In this document: one piece after another, positions 21,268 through 31,691 of the stretch | Position numbering within the stretch: the stretch's first letter is position 1 | How the letters are laid out: each line of letters begins with the position of its first letter | Origin: Deltaproteobacteria bacterium | GTDB taxonomy: Bacteria; Myxococcota; Kuafuiibacteriia; Kuafuiibacteriales; Kuafuiibacteriaceae | Assembly: GCA_040218735.1 (NCBI GenBank) | Contig: JAVJQW010000008.1 | Location: forward strand, 320,001 to 384,000 | DNA: 64,000 bases | Reading direction: 5' to 3' | Program-made: the position numbers and the translations under genes | Notes under the pieces: model-generated | Seen by the model: only the letters and a program-made list of their open reading frames with translations | Told to the model about the DNA's origin: nothing | Database searches by the model: none

Positions 21268-22377
21268 GTGCGTGTGCTGTGGTGCCTCCCGATTCTGTTG
21301 CTCACTTCCAACGCGTGGGCGCTGACGGTCACGGGTGTCGAGCTCTCACTCGACGGTGCGCTCCTGACGTCCGAAGACCTCGACGGCCTCGTCAACGCCG
21401 CGCGCTGCACGTGTGAGGAGAAGGTCGACGCGACCTACACGTTCTCCGGGCTCGGGTCGGGCGGGGCGGTCGTGATCATGGCCGGCACGCGGTGCATCGA
21501 CAGCGACGAGCGGCTCGACGACTCCTGCACCGAGCTGTGGAGCGATCGCGTGCAGAACGTCAGCTCGTTCGAGTCGTTGACGTTTTCGATGAAGGAGCTC
21601 GCAGGGGGCTCCTGCTCCGGGACGGAGGCGACGCGAAGCCTGTTCGTGCTCGTCGACACCAACGACGAAGATCGATGGCAGGTGCTGCACGAGACCGCGT
21701 TCAGCATCGACACCGAGGCACCCGAGGCGCCGACGGGGACGGAGGTCGTCGCGGGGGAGGGGCTCGCGGAGGTCGTCTTCGAGGCGCCGGACGACGCGCC
21801 GACGACGACGCAGTACCAGGTGCTCTGCGACGCGAGCGGCGAGGCGGTGTTCACTTCCCCCGAGGACGCCGTGTTCGACTCGGCTGCGGATCGTTGTGAG
21901 GAGTCGGGGCCGCGCGAGGCGTTCGTCTGCGCGGAGTCGCAGCAGGGCTCGGCGAGTGTCACGGTGCTCGGGCTCGAGAACGGGACGGAGTACACGTTCT
22001 ACGTGGTGTCGGTCGACGACGCCGGCAACCCGAGCGCGATCGAGACGGTGGGGAAGGCGACGCCGTCGCCCGAAGAAGATCTGTGGGAGCGCTACAAACG
22101 GTCGGGCGGCATCGCGGACCCGGGACACTGCTTCGTCGCGACCGCGGCCTACGGTGACTACGACGATCCCACGGTGCGTTGGTTCCGTGTCTTTCGCGAC
22201 ACCCGCCTCGCCAAGTCGTCGTTCGGTCGCGACGTGATCGACACGTACTACGCGACGAGCCCACCCGCCGCGCGTCGGATCGCCGACGATCCGCTGTTTC
22301 GCGCGGCGGCGCGCGAGGTGTTGGCGCGGGTGCGCGACTTCGCGGTGGCGACGATGTTCGCCGGGGGTGCGCGATGA
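21268..22377 (+). CDS. Exported FN3-like protein with CFI-box-CTERM domain
   Basis: Signal peptide ending AWA. GLENGTEYTFYVVSVDDAGN. C-terminal CFVATAAYG...FRD...FGRDVIDTYY. Confidence 0.8.
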   Translation: MRVLWCLPILLLTSNAWALTVTGVELSLDGALLTSEDLDGLVNAARCTCEEKVDATYTFSGLGSGGAVVIMAGTRCIDSDERLDDSCTELWSDRVQNVSSFESLTFSMKELAGGSCSGTEATRSLFVLVDTNDEDRWQVLHETAFSIDTEAPEAPTGTEVVAGEGLAEVVFEAPDDAPTTTQYQVLCDASGEAVFTSPEDAVFDSAADRCEESGPREAFVCAESQQGSASVTVLGLENGTEYTFYVVSVDDAGNPSAIETVGKATPSPEEDLWERYKRSGGIADPGHCFVATAAYGDYDDPTVRWFRVFRDTRLAKSSFGRDVIDTYYATSPPAARRIADDPLFRAAAREVLARVRDFAVATMFAGGAR

Positions 22378-23090
22378 ACGCGTGGGTGTTGGTGTTGCTC
22401 GTCGCGCAGACTCCGAAGGCGGAGGCCGAGCGACCGTTCGTCCCTCCGACGCTGGTGTCGACGACCGTCGGCGTGAAGCTCGGCCCGTACCAGGCCGACA
22501 TCGACAGTGAGTTCGGGAGCGCGACGCCGCTCGGCGATCTCTTCAAGGACGACACGGGCATCTACGTGGTCCCGCAAGTTCGCTTGCTCCGCGACTTCGG
22601 CTTCTTCGGGCTCGGGGTGTCGGTGTCGGTCGGCTACACCCAACAATCGACCAAGGCCTTCGTGGACGACGGTGACGAGACTACACCGTCGTCGGGGACC
22701 GAGCTCAGCGGCGGGGAGACGAGCGTGCGTGTCATCCCCGTCGCTGCGCTGGGGGTCGTTCGGTTCCGCGGCGTGATGGAGTGGATCGGCCTACCGCTCA
22801 TCCCGTACGTGGAGGCGGGCCCGGCGTACGCGTTCTGGCGTATCGGAAAGGGCGACGGCAGCGCCGCGGCGAGCGGTGGGTCGCTGGGGTGGACGGTCAA
22901 CGCCGGCGTCGCGCTGCGGATCGACAGCTTCGAGCCGTTTGCCTCGAAGGCGCTCCGCGATCAGTTCGGCGTGCAGGGCACGGAGCTCACGTTCGAGTGG
23001 TCGCACTTGTCGGCGGATGGGTTCGGCTTGCAGGATGTCTTGCGCGTGGGTGACTCGACCTGGACGGCTGGTCTCGCGATCGGTTTTTGA
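22374..23090 (+). CDS. Outer-membrane beta-barrel protein (MXAN_2562-like)
   Basis: ATGA-coupled to the CFI-box gene. GVKLGPY motif, PLIPYVEAG, terminal Phe. Confidence 0.65.
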   Translation: MNAWVLVLLVAQTPKAEAERPFVPPTLVSTTVGVKLGPYQADIDSEFGSATPLGDLFKDDTGIYVVPQVRLLRDFGFFGLGVSVSVGYTQQSTKAFVDDGDETTPSSGTELSGGETSVRVIPVAALGVVRFRGVMEWIGLPLIPYVEAGPAYAFWRIGKGDGSAAASGGSLGWTVNAGVALRIDSFEPFASKALRDQFGVQGTELTFEWSHLSADGFGLQDVLRVGDSTWTAGLAIGF

Positions 23091-23125
23091 GCACGCCCGA
23101 ATCGCGGTAGGGTCCCGCGCTGAAG

Positions 23126-23902
23126 ATGCGCCGGCACCTGTTCCTTCTGTCGAGCCTCCTCCTCGCGGGGTGTTTCTCGAAGCAGTACTTCCCGTACGTC
23201 TACGCGCCGAGCGCCGTCCCCGCGACGGAGCGGCCCAAGGTGCTCGTCAACGCGCCGGTCGTGCGCGAGATCCTCGCCGCCCCGACCGCGGCGAGCCTCC
23301 AGGCCTTGGACGCGGAGCTCGCCGCGAGGCTGGAGGCGAACGGGTACCGCGTCGACACCAGCTCGGCGTCGCGGTCTCGCCTCACGGGGATCTCGGCCGT
23401 GCTCCCACGGCTCGGCGCTCGACCGGTGCCGGAGAGTCTGAAGGACCTCGGGGCCACCACCGGGTGTGACCTCGTCATCGTCCCGGTCGTCGAGTTTCGG
23501 TTCTGCGAGGCGCAGAACCAGGACTGCCGCTGGGATGGCGTCGTCCGCGAGATTCCACACTCCGACGATACGCAGCTCGTGATGTCCGGTGGCTTCCCCG
23601 CGGTGTCGTTGCTCGTCAACGCGTACTCGTGCGACGGCGAGTCCGTCCTGACGAGCATGGGCGGCATCGACGTCGCGCGGTACGCGAGGACGAAGCTGTT
23701 CACGGGTAACGACTCCGCGAGCCCGGTCGCGGGCGCGGGCTTCTCGCGGCTCTACATGGACGACCGGACCGACTACCTCGACGATCCGGCGATGCGCGCG
23801 GAGGCCATCGCGCTCGCGTTGCATCCGCTCGTCGCCATGGCCGAGTACCCCGACGATCCCACGCCCTACGATCCGTCGCGACTCCCGACGAGGGCACAGT
23901 GA
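23126..23902 (+). CDS. Hypothetical lipoprotein
   Basis: [16 protein letters not shown] lipobox. Confidence 0.75.
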   Translation: MRRHLFLLSSLLLAGCFSKQYFPYVYAPSAVPATERPKVLVNAPVVREILAAPTAASLQALDAELAARLEANGYRVDTSSASRSRLTGISAVLPRLGARPVPESLKDLGATTGCDLVIVPVVEFRFCEAQNQDCRWDGVVREIPHSDDTQLVMSGGFPAVSLLVNAYSCDGESVLTSMGGIDVARYARTKLFTGNDSASPVAGAGFSRLYMDDRTDYLDDPAMRAEAIALALHPLVAMAEYPDDPTPYDPSRLPTRAQ

Positions 23903-24150
23903 CCATGCGAGGGACTTGGGTCGTCGTCGTTGCGTTGGCGAGTGGCTGCGCGTCGAAGCAGTACTACCGGTACCAATACGAATCGGCGTCGGTGCCGAAG
24001 CCGACTCGGGTCGTGTTGCTGCACCCGACGATGTTGCGCAACAACGTCTCCAGCAGAACCGGCGCTACCTCGACCGCCCCGAGGTCGTGAGGCCGCCGCG
24101 CGCCGAAGCGCAAGGCGGACCGCGACATCTTCAGGAGCCGTTCGACGCGT
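23899..24150 (+). pseudogene. Internally deleted paralog of the upstream lipoprotein
   Basis: [18 protein letters not shown] matches [19 protein letters not shown]. In another frame [17 protein letters not shown] matches the upstream C-terminal [13 protein letters not shown]. End coordinate approximate. Confidence 0.55.
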
Positions 24151-24184
24151 TGAGTGGGAGCACCGCGCTCGCGGTGCGGAAGAA

Positions 24185-25462
<1,278 letters not shown>

Positions 25463-25540
25463 CGATACGTTGCTTCAATGAGGCCCGAATTGGTCCCGGG
25501 TTTCAATGCCCCAATTCGGCCCACCGACGAATGCCGTCGT

Positions 25541-26152
25541 TCAGCTCTCCTTGTCCGACACGTCTCGGGGTTTGTTCACCAGGACGTCGTCCAAGATTCC
25601 GTAGGCCTTCGCCTCGTCCGCAGACATGAAGAATTCTCGGTCGGTGTCGATGGCGACGCGGTCCCGGTCCTGGGTCGTGTGCTCGACCAGGATATCGGTC
25701 AACATATCCTTACGCTTGAGGATTTCCTTCGCCTGGATCTCGATGTCCGAGGCCTGGCCACCCGCCCCACCGAGCGGTTGGTGCAACATGATCCGGGCGT
25801 GCGGCAGCGCCTTGCGCTTGCCCTTCGTCCCCGCCGCGAGGATGACGGCGGCCATCTGGGACGCCTGTCCGATGCAGATCGTCGTGATCGGGCAGCGGAC
25901 ATACTGCATCGTGTCATAAATCGCCAAACCGGCGCTGACCGAGCCCCCCCGGCTGTTGATGTACAGGTTGACGTCCTTCTCCGGGTCCTCGGACTCCAGG
26001 AACAGGAGCTGGGCCACGATGACGTTGGCGAGGTCGTCGCCGATGTCCGAGCCCATGAAGACGATGCGGTCCTTCATCAGGCGCGACCAGATGTCGTACT
26101 GGCGCTCGCCGCGGTGCGTCTGCTCGAGGACGTAGGGGACGAAGTAGCTCAC
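25541..26152 (-). CDS. clpP: ATP-dependent Clp protease proteolytic subunit
   Basis: Motifs [35 protein letters not shown]. Confidence 0.95.
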   Translation of the reverse strand: MSYFVPYVLEQTHRGERQYDIWSRLMKDRIVFMGSDIGDDLANVIVAQLLFLESEDPEKDVNLYINSRGGSVSAGLAIYDTMQYVRCPITTICIGQASQMAAVILAAGTKGKRKALPHARIMLHQPLGGAGGQASDIEIQAKEILKRKDMLTDILVEHTTQDRDRVAIDTDREFFMSADEAKAYGILDDVLVNKPRDVSDKES

Positions 26153-26294
26153 TTTTCGGTTCTCCTCAGGACGCCGCCCGACGGCGGCGAAAAGGGATCG
26201 TGGACGCCTTTGGCGCCGACGTCAAACAGGTGGGGACGAAACGGGGAACGCGCGGCGCGCATTCCCCGGGGCAGGCTACGCGAACGGGCTCGGC

Positions 26295-27683
26295 CTAGTG
26301 CTCGTGGTCGTGATCATGATCGTGGTCGTGGTCATGATCGTGGTCGTGATCATGGCCCGCGTGCGCCTCGGCCTCGAGCTCCTCGGCCGTGACCTCACGC
26401 TCCGTGACCGTCGCGTTGTCCATCACGAAGTCCAGCGCCTTGTCCTGGCGCATGTTGTACTTCAGCGCGTCGATCTGATCGTTGTCGCGCAGCTGCTGCT
26501 TGAGCTGCTTGAGCGGCATCCGGTGTTCGCGCGCGAGGTCCGCGATGCGGCCGTCGATCTCGCTGTCCTCCACCTCGATCGACTCCTGCCGCGCGACGGC
26601 CTCCAGGATCAACATCCCGGCGACCTGCTTCTCGGCGCGCGGGCGCGCCTCGTCGCGGAGCTTCAGGACGGCCTCCATGACCTCCTGGCTCTTCGACTGC
26701 TCGGCCGCGCGGTTCGCGTCCTGGAGCAGGAAGTCGAGCTGCCGATCCGTCATCAGCGGCGGCACCTCGACGGGGTTCATCTCGACGAGCTTCTCCATCG
26801 CGGCGTCGCGCAGCATGCGGCGTGACTTCGCGTCCTCGCGCGTCGCGAGGTTCTCGCGGAGGTTGTCCTTGAGCTCCGCCAGGGTGTCGAACTCGCCGAG
26901 GTCCTGCGCGAAGTCGTCGTCGAGCTCGGGGAGGATCTTCTTCTTGAGCTCCTTGAGGTCGACCTTCCACTCGACGTCCTTGCCGCGCGCCTCCTCCGGA
27001 CCTTCGTCCTTCGGGAAGTTCAGGTCGAAGCGCTTCTCCTCGCCGATCGTCATGCCGACCAGCGCGTCCTCGAAGCCCGGGATCATCTGTCCACCGCCGA
27101 CCTCGACCGTGTAGTTGATGCCCTTGCCGCCCTTGAACGTCTCGCCGTCGACGTAGCCGAAGAAGTCGATCACCGCGAGGTCGCCGTTCTCCAGCGTCTT
27201 GCGGTCGGTGACCGGCTCGATGACCATCGCCTTCTCGCGGAGCATCTCGAGCTCGCGTTCGACCTCGGCGTCCGACACCGCGCGCACCTTCTTCTCGACC
27301 TCGAGCCCCTTGTAGTGCTCGACGTTGATCTCCGGCTTGACCTCGACCATCGCGACGAACGCGAGCGGCGTGTCCTTCTCGAGCTTCGGCATCTCGTCGA
27401 GGCGCGGGTTGTTGATCGGCACGAGCGCGTTGTCGGCGATCGCACGCTTGAAGCTGTCGTCGACGAGGCGGTTCACGACCTCACCCTCGACGGCGCTCTT
27501 GTAGTACTGCTCGAGCACCTTGCGCGGCACCTTGCCGGCGCGGAAGCCTTTCACGCGCGCGCGCTTTTGGAGGCCTCGGTAGGCGAGGTCCAGCTCTTCC
27601 TTCACCTGGTTCCAGGGGACCTCGATCGAGACCTTGCGCTCGACTTCGGAAACTCGCTCTACGTCTACTTTAACTTCGGTCAT
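26295..27683 (-). CDS. tig: Trigger factor with His/Asp C-terminal tail
   Basis: GFRAGKVP ribosome-binding motif, MIPGFEDAL, and tig-clpP-clpX synteny. Confidence 0.95.
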   Translation of the reverse strand: MTEVKVDVERVSEVERKVSIEVPWNQVKEELDLAYRGLQKRARVKGFRAGKVPRKVLEQYYKSAVEGEVVNRLVDDSFKRAIADNALVPINNPRLDEMPKLEKDTPLAFVAMVEVKPEINVEHYKGLEVEKKVRAVSDAEVERELEMLREKAMVIEPVTDRKTLENGDLAVIDFFGYVDGETFKGGKGINYTVEVGGGQMIPGFEDALVGMTIGEEKRFDLNFPKDEGPEEARGKDVEWKVDLKELKKKILPELDDDFAQDLGEFDTLAELKDNLRENLATREDAKSRRMLRDAAMEKLVEMNPVEVPPLMTDRQLDFLLQDANRAAEQSKSQEVMEAVLKLRDEARPRAEKQVAGMLILEAVARQESIEVEDSEIDGRIADLAREHRMPLKQLKQQLRDNDQIDALKYNMRQDKALDFVMDNATVTEREVTAEELEAEAHAGHDHDHDHDHDHDHDHDHEH

Positions 27684-27697
27684 GCTTCGCCTTCGTA

Positions 27698-27779
27698 TGC
27701 GGGAGGCGGGACTCGAACCCGCACGGGGTTACCCGCTGGAACCTAAATCCAGTGCGTCTGCCAATTCCGCCACCCCCGC
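27698..27779 (-). tRNA. tRNA-Leu (TAG)
   Basis: GCGGGGGTGGCGGAATTGGCAGACGCACTGGATTTAGGTTCCAGCGGGTAACCCCGTGCGGGTTCGAGTCCCGCCTCCCGCA. Long variable arm; upstream of tig as is typical. Confidence 0.95.
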
Positions 27780-27833
27780 GGTGGAGCGCACGTAGCTACA
27801 CCGCGCGACCCAGGCTGTAAAGCGTGCTTAAGT

Positions 27834-28523
27834 ATGGCGCGCCGCATGCCGAAACGCGCCGTCGTCCTGCTCTCCGGAGGCCTCGACTCCGCCACCTGCG
27901 CCGCGGTCGCCCGGGACGAGGGCTACACCGTCCACGCCCTGTCGATCCGCTACGGCCAGCGCCACTCGGCCGAGCTGGACGCCGCGGCCGCCGTCGCGAG
28001 CCACCTGGGCATCGAGGACCACCGGATCGTCGACATCGGGCTCGGCTCGCTGGGCGGCTCGGCGCTGACGGATTCGGCCCTGGAGGTCCCGAAGAACGCC
28101 GTGGGGGCCGCGGGCATCCCGATCACCTACGTGCCGGCGCGGAACACCGTGTTCTTGGCGTTGGCGCTGGGCCACGCGGAGGTGGTGGGGGCGCAGGACA
28201 TCTTCTTCGGGGCGAATGCGCTGGACTACAGCGGCTATCCGGACTGCCGGCCGGCGTTTCGTGAGGCGTTCGAGGCGTTGGCGAACGTGGCGACGAAGGC
28301 GGTCGACGATCCGTCGCTGCGCTACCGGATCTTGGCGCCGCTGATGGACCTGACGAAGGCCGAGATCATCCGCCTGGGGACGCGGTTGGGGGTCGACTAC
28401 GGGCTGACCCACTCCTGTTACGACCCGTCGGGGGCGGCGGCGTGCGGGGCGTGTGACTCCTGTCTGCTCCGGAAGAAGGGCTTCGAAGAGGCCGGCGTCC
28501 CGGATCCGACCCGGTACGTCTGA
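27834..28523 (+). CDS. queC: 7-cyano-7-deazaguanine synthase
   Basis: Motifs [27 protein letters not shown]...[10 protein letters not shown]. Confidence 0.95.
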   Translation: MARRMPKRAVVLLSGGLDSATCAAVARDEGYTVHALSIRYGQRHSAELDAAAAVASHLGIEDHRIVDIGLGSLGGSALTDSALEVPKNAVGAAGIPITYVPARNTVFLALALGHAEVVGAQDIFFGANALDYSGYPDCRPAFREAFEALANVATKAVDDPSLRYRILAPLMDLTKAEIIRLGTRLGVDYGLTHSCYDPSGAAACGACDSCLLRKKGFEEAGVPDPTRYV

Positions 28524-28573
28524 CGGAAGAATTGCCAGCGGGCTGGATCCCTCGTAAGCGTATCGGTGCGCCC

Positions 28574-29164
28574 ATGCGAGAGTGTCTCGGCTGGATCACG
28601 ACGTGTCCGAACGACCAGAGCTGCCCCATGAACTGGCTGGAGCTCGCGGTGTCGGAGATCCCCATCAAGATCAACTGCCACGTCTGTGAGCGAAAGGTGT
28701 CGCTCGTCGCGACGCAGGCCGAGCTCGACTCGGCCGGTTCCTCGAACGCGCTCGCCGCGTTCCCGGTGGTGCCCTGCGCCGGCCCGACCGACGCCCCGAT
28801 GGCCCCCGCCACCGGCAACGGCGCCGCGGGCCACGCCGAGCCGGTCCGCGCGCGTCCGCCGACTCCGGCCCCCGCGCCCGTCGCGCGCGCCTGGACGGTG
28901 ACGCTCCAGAACGGCGAGATGATCAAGATCGACAAGGACACGATGATCATCGGCCGCAGCCGAACCTGCGACGTCGTCATCCCCTCCGCGAAGGTCTCGC
29001 GCCAGCACGCGTCGCTCTCCCGCATGGAAGGTGAGCTGTACATCGAGGACCTCGGCTCCGCGAACGGCGTGTGGCTCAACGGCGAGAAGGTCACGCGCGC
29101 GAAGATCAAGGCTGGGGACAGCTTCACGATCTCGGACGAGACGCTGCTCTTCGAGGAGCGATGA
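28574..29164 (+). CDS. FHA domain protein with N-terminal Cys-rich domain
   Basis: IGRS...VSRQHA...DLGSANGV FHA motifs. N-terminal CPMNWLEL...CHVCERKV. Confidence 0.85.
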   Translation: MRECLGWITTCPNDQSCPMNWLELAVSEIPIKINCHVCERKVSLVATQAELDSAGSSNALAAFPVVPCAGPTDAPMAPATGNGAAGHAEPVRARPPTPAPAPVARAWTVTLQNGEMIKIDKDTMIIGRSRTCDVVIPSAKVSRQHASLSRMEGELYIEDLGSANGVWLNGEKVTRAKIKAGDSFTISDETLLFEER

Positions 29165-29673
29165 ACCTCTACCAGCCGTTCTTCTGCGAAGAGAACGTCT
29201 GGCACCTCGCGCAATCCGCTACGTTCGCTTCAAAAGAACGGCGCGTCGTCTTCGTCTCCAACGCGCGGCGGCAGGTGCCGCTGTGGTGTCAAAAGGCCGG
29301 GGCGCCGGACGGGCCGGTGGTCTGGGACTACCACGTGCTGCTGTTCGTTCGGGATCCGTACTGGCGGGTCTTCGACCTCGACACCACGATGCCGTGGGGG
29401 TCGCGGTTCTCGGAGTACTTCGCGGCGACGTTTCGGATCGTCACGGGCGAGTTTGCGCCGCGGTTTCGGGTGATGGACGCGGACGACTTCGTCGTGACGC
29501 TCGCGACGGACCGGTCGCACATGCTCGACGACGAGGGTGCGTATCGTGCGCCGCCGCCCGAGTGGCCGGCGATCGGCGAAGGCACGAACCTGATGCGGTT
29601 CGTGGATCTCGACGACGACATCGCCGGTGAGGTCGTCGATGCCAAGCCGCTGGTCCAGCGGTTCTCGGTGTAG
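29161..29673 (+). CDS. Protein N-terminal glutamine amidohydrolase (NTAQ1/WDYHV family)
   Basis: Motifs FCEENVWHL, VVWDYHVL, FDLDTT, DRSHM. Confidence 0.88.
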   Translation: MNLYQPFFCEENVWHLAQSATFASKERRVVFVSNARRQVPLWCQKAGAPDGPVVWDYHVLLFVRDPYWRVFDLDTTMPWGSRFSEYFAATFRIVTGEFAPRFRVMDADDFVVTLATDRSHMLDDEGAYRAPPPEWPAIGEGTNLMRFVDLDDDIAGEVVDAKPLVQRFSV

Positions 29674-29744
29674 CTCGGGATTTTTCTCCGCGGACCGTCG
29701 AATCTTCAGATCGCACCCTCGCTTCGCCCGTTAGCCTTGTTTCC

Positions 29745-30509
29745 GTGCAAGCTGCGCCGAGCCTCCGCCGTCCTCTCCTGCGCCGGGCCGCCATCGTGGC
29801 GGGCACCCTGGTCGGCGCGACCCTCCTCGGCGCCGCTTTTGTGCCGGGCGACCTCACGCCGCGGACGAAGCCTCACGTTTCGCTGGAGCGCCAGGACGGA
29901 CCGTTCGGCTTGCAGATGCGGGGACGCATCGAGGCGACCGAGGACGGGTTCCGGATGGTCGACGAGCCGAGCATGGACCTGACGATGAACACCCTCCCTG
30001 TTCACGACCTCGAGCCGACGGCGCACCCCGTTCGCGTCCGTCTCCTCTACGCAGACAAGACGGTCGATCTGCAGACCGCGCTCGAAGCGTGTCCGACGTC
30101 GGGTCGGTGCGGGACGTGTTTCCCGGCCGTGGACCTCGACGAAGGCCAGATCGGTAAGTGGCGCCTCGGTGTCAATGTGGAGCCGGGGTTGCTGCAGATC
30201 CAACTCTTCCTGCACGACCACCTCGTGAACACGTGGGAGCGTCCCGCGACGCCGGTCGGAGTCGATGCGGTGACGCTCGATGGCTCGGCGCTGACGTGGA
30301 AAGTCTCCGGTCAGGGCCGAGTGTCCCGCGTGGAGTACACGCAGGTCGCGGATGCGTGGACGACGGTCCCGACGCTCGCCGACCTCGACCGCGTCGCGAA
30401 CCTTCCGCCCGTGAAGTCCGAGCTCGACCTCATCCGCTACCGAGTCCACGTCACGGACGGCTTTACTCTGGCTACGGCGGTCTCCGAGCTCGTCGACCCA
30501 CCCCGGTGA
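29745..30509 (+). CDS. Hypothetical exported/membrane-anchored protein
   Basis: N-terminal hydrophobic helix; fills the gap between flanking genes. Confidence 0.55.
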   Translation: MQAAPSLRRPLLRRAAIVAGTLVGATLLGAAFVPGDLTPRTKPHVSLERQDGPFGLQMRGRIEATEDGFRMVDEPSMDLTMNTLPVHDLEPTAHPVRVRLLYADKTVDLQTALEACPTSGRCGTCFPAVDLDEGQIGKWRLGVNVEPGLLQIQLFLHDHLVNTWERPATPVGVDAVTLDGSALTWKVSGQGRVSRVEYTQVADAWTTVPTLADLDRVANLPPVKSELDLIRYRVHVTDGFTLATAVSELVDPPR

Positions 30510-30516
30510 ACCGCGG

Positions 30517-31335
30517 TCAGATCAGTACGGGCGGATCTTCGTCACCACGAAGCCAGCTGCGGACGCGCTCCACGATCCAACCCGGGTCGTCGCGCGGGAG
30601 GTCGTGACCGGAGATCGGGTTCACGTACACCGGCGCTCCGGTGCGCGACGCGAGGCGGTGGCTGCAAACCGCGTTGGCGAGGGCGTCGGCCTTCGCCGCG
30701 AGGAGGAGGGTGGGCGTGTGCATCGCGTCCGGCGCGTCGAAGCGTGTCGCGGCGGCGAGCTGACGGAGCGCGTGCCGGACGGACATCGGCGCAAACGCGT
30801 CGAGCGCGGCGGAGGCCTCGGCCATCGCGGCGTGCTCCGCGGTGCGGGTGGACGTCGCCGCGAGGATCAGCGCTTCTCGTCGCACCGGATCGCGGACGAG
30901 CATCGCCTTCACCACGTTGCCGAAGGCGCCGATGCCCATCCGCTCGAACGGCGTCCCGAGGTTCTTCGCGGACGAGTTGATGATCACCTGGCCCGCGAAG
31001 TCGTCGGGGTGGCTCGCGGACCACGCCATCGCGACCATGCCCCCCAGCGAGATCGACATGAGGCCCCACGCGCCTTCGTGTTCGCGTTTCAGGTCGAGCC
31101 AGCGCGTGCGCACGTCTTCCATCGTGTCGACGACGGAGAGCGGCGGCGCCCGACGGTGCTCCGTCCCGAAGCCCGGCAGGTCGAGGTGGTGGACCTCGAC
31201 GCCGAGCGCTTCGGCGAAGGTCGCGTCGAAGCCGGCCCAGTGTTTCTGGTGGCGCGCGAGGCCGCGTAGGAGCAGCCAATGGTCCGGGGGATCGATGCGG
31301 TCGTCGGCGCGGCGCACGCGTACGGCCGTTATCAA
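30517..31335 (-). CDS. Alpha/beta hydrolase
   Basis: WLLLRGLAR...DLPGFG, SISLGGM nucleophile, GHDLP. Start uncertain (TTG at 31335). Confidence 0.8.
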   Translation of the reverse strand: MITAVRVRRADDRIDPPDHWLLLRGLARHQKHWAGFDATFAEALGVEVHHLDLPGFGTEHRRAPPLSVVDTMEDVRTRWLDLKREHEGAWGLMSISLGGMVAMAWSASHPDDFAGQVIINSSAKNLGTPFERMGIGAFGNVVKAMLVRDPVRREALILAATSTRTAEHAAMAEASAALDAFAPMSVRHALRQLAAATRFDAPDAMHTPTLLLAAKADALANAVCSHRLASRTGAPVYVNPISGHDLPRDDPGWIVERVRSWLRGDEDPPVLI

Positions 31336-31595
31336 CTCGCCGACGAAGTGTCGATCGGCGCGCAGCCGTTGGGCTTCGTGACGCGTTGGCTCGAAGGCGG
31401 GTACTTCTCGAGCAACCGCGCCGGCCGAACGGGTCGCGGTACGAACCCGCCGCCGCAGTTCGGGCACACGCCGCGCAGCACGTCGTCGACGCACGCGCGG
31501 CAGAACGTACACTCGAAGGAGCAGATCATCGCCGCCTCCGAGTCGGGCGCGAGGTCCTTGTCGCAGCATTCACAGTTGGGTCGCAGCTCGAGCAC
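31332..31595 (-). CDS. DUF1272 family Cys-rich small protein
   Basis: LELRPNCECCDKDL...ICSFECTFC...CPNCGG...RPVRP. GTG start at 31595. Confidence 0.88.
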   Translation of the reverse strand: MLELRPNCECCDKDLAPDSEAAMICSFECTFCRACVDDVLRGVCPNCGGGFVPRPVRPARLLEKYPPSSQRVTKPNGCAPIDTSSAS

Positions 31596-31691
31596 TTCGT
31601 CGCATTGTAGACGCTGAATGGTCCTGAGGTGAGCATCGAACTGTGCGCCTCCGCACCGGCGCTCCGCGCGGCTTCGGTATAACCTCGGGCG

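Noticed and set aside
27834-28523. queC as part of an anti-phage (Qat/Dpd/CBASS) system
   Set aside because: Canonical length and motifs, and no defence partner genes are adjacent.
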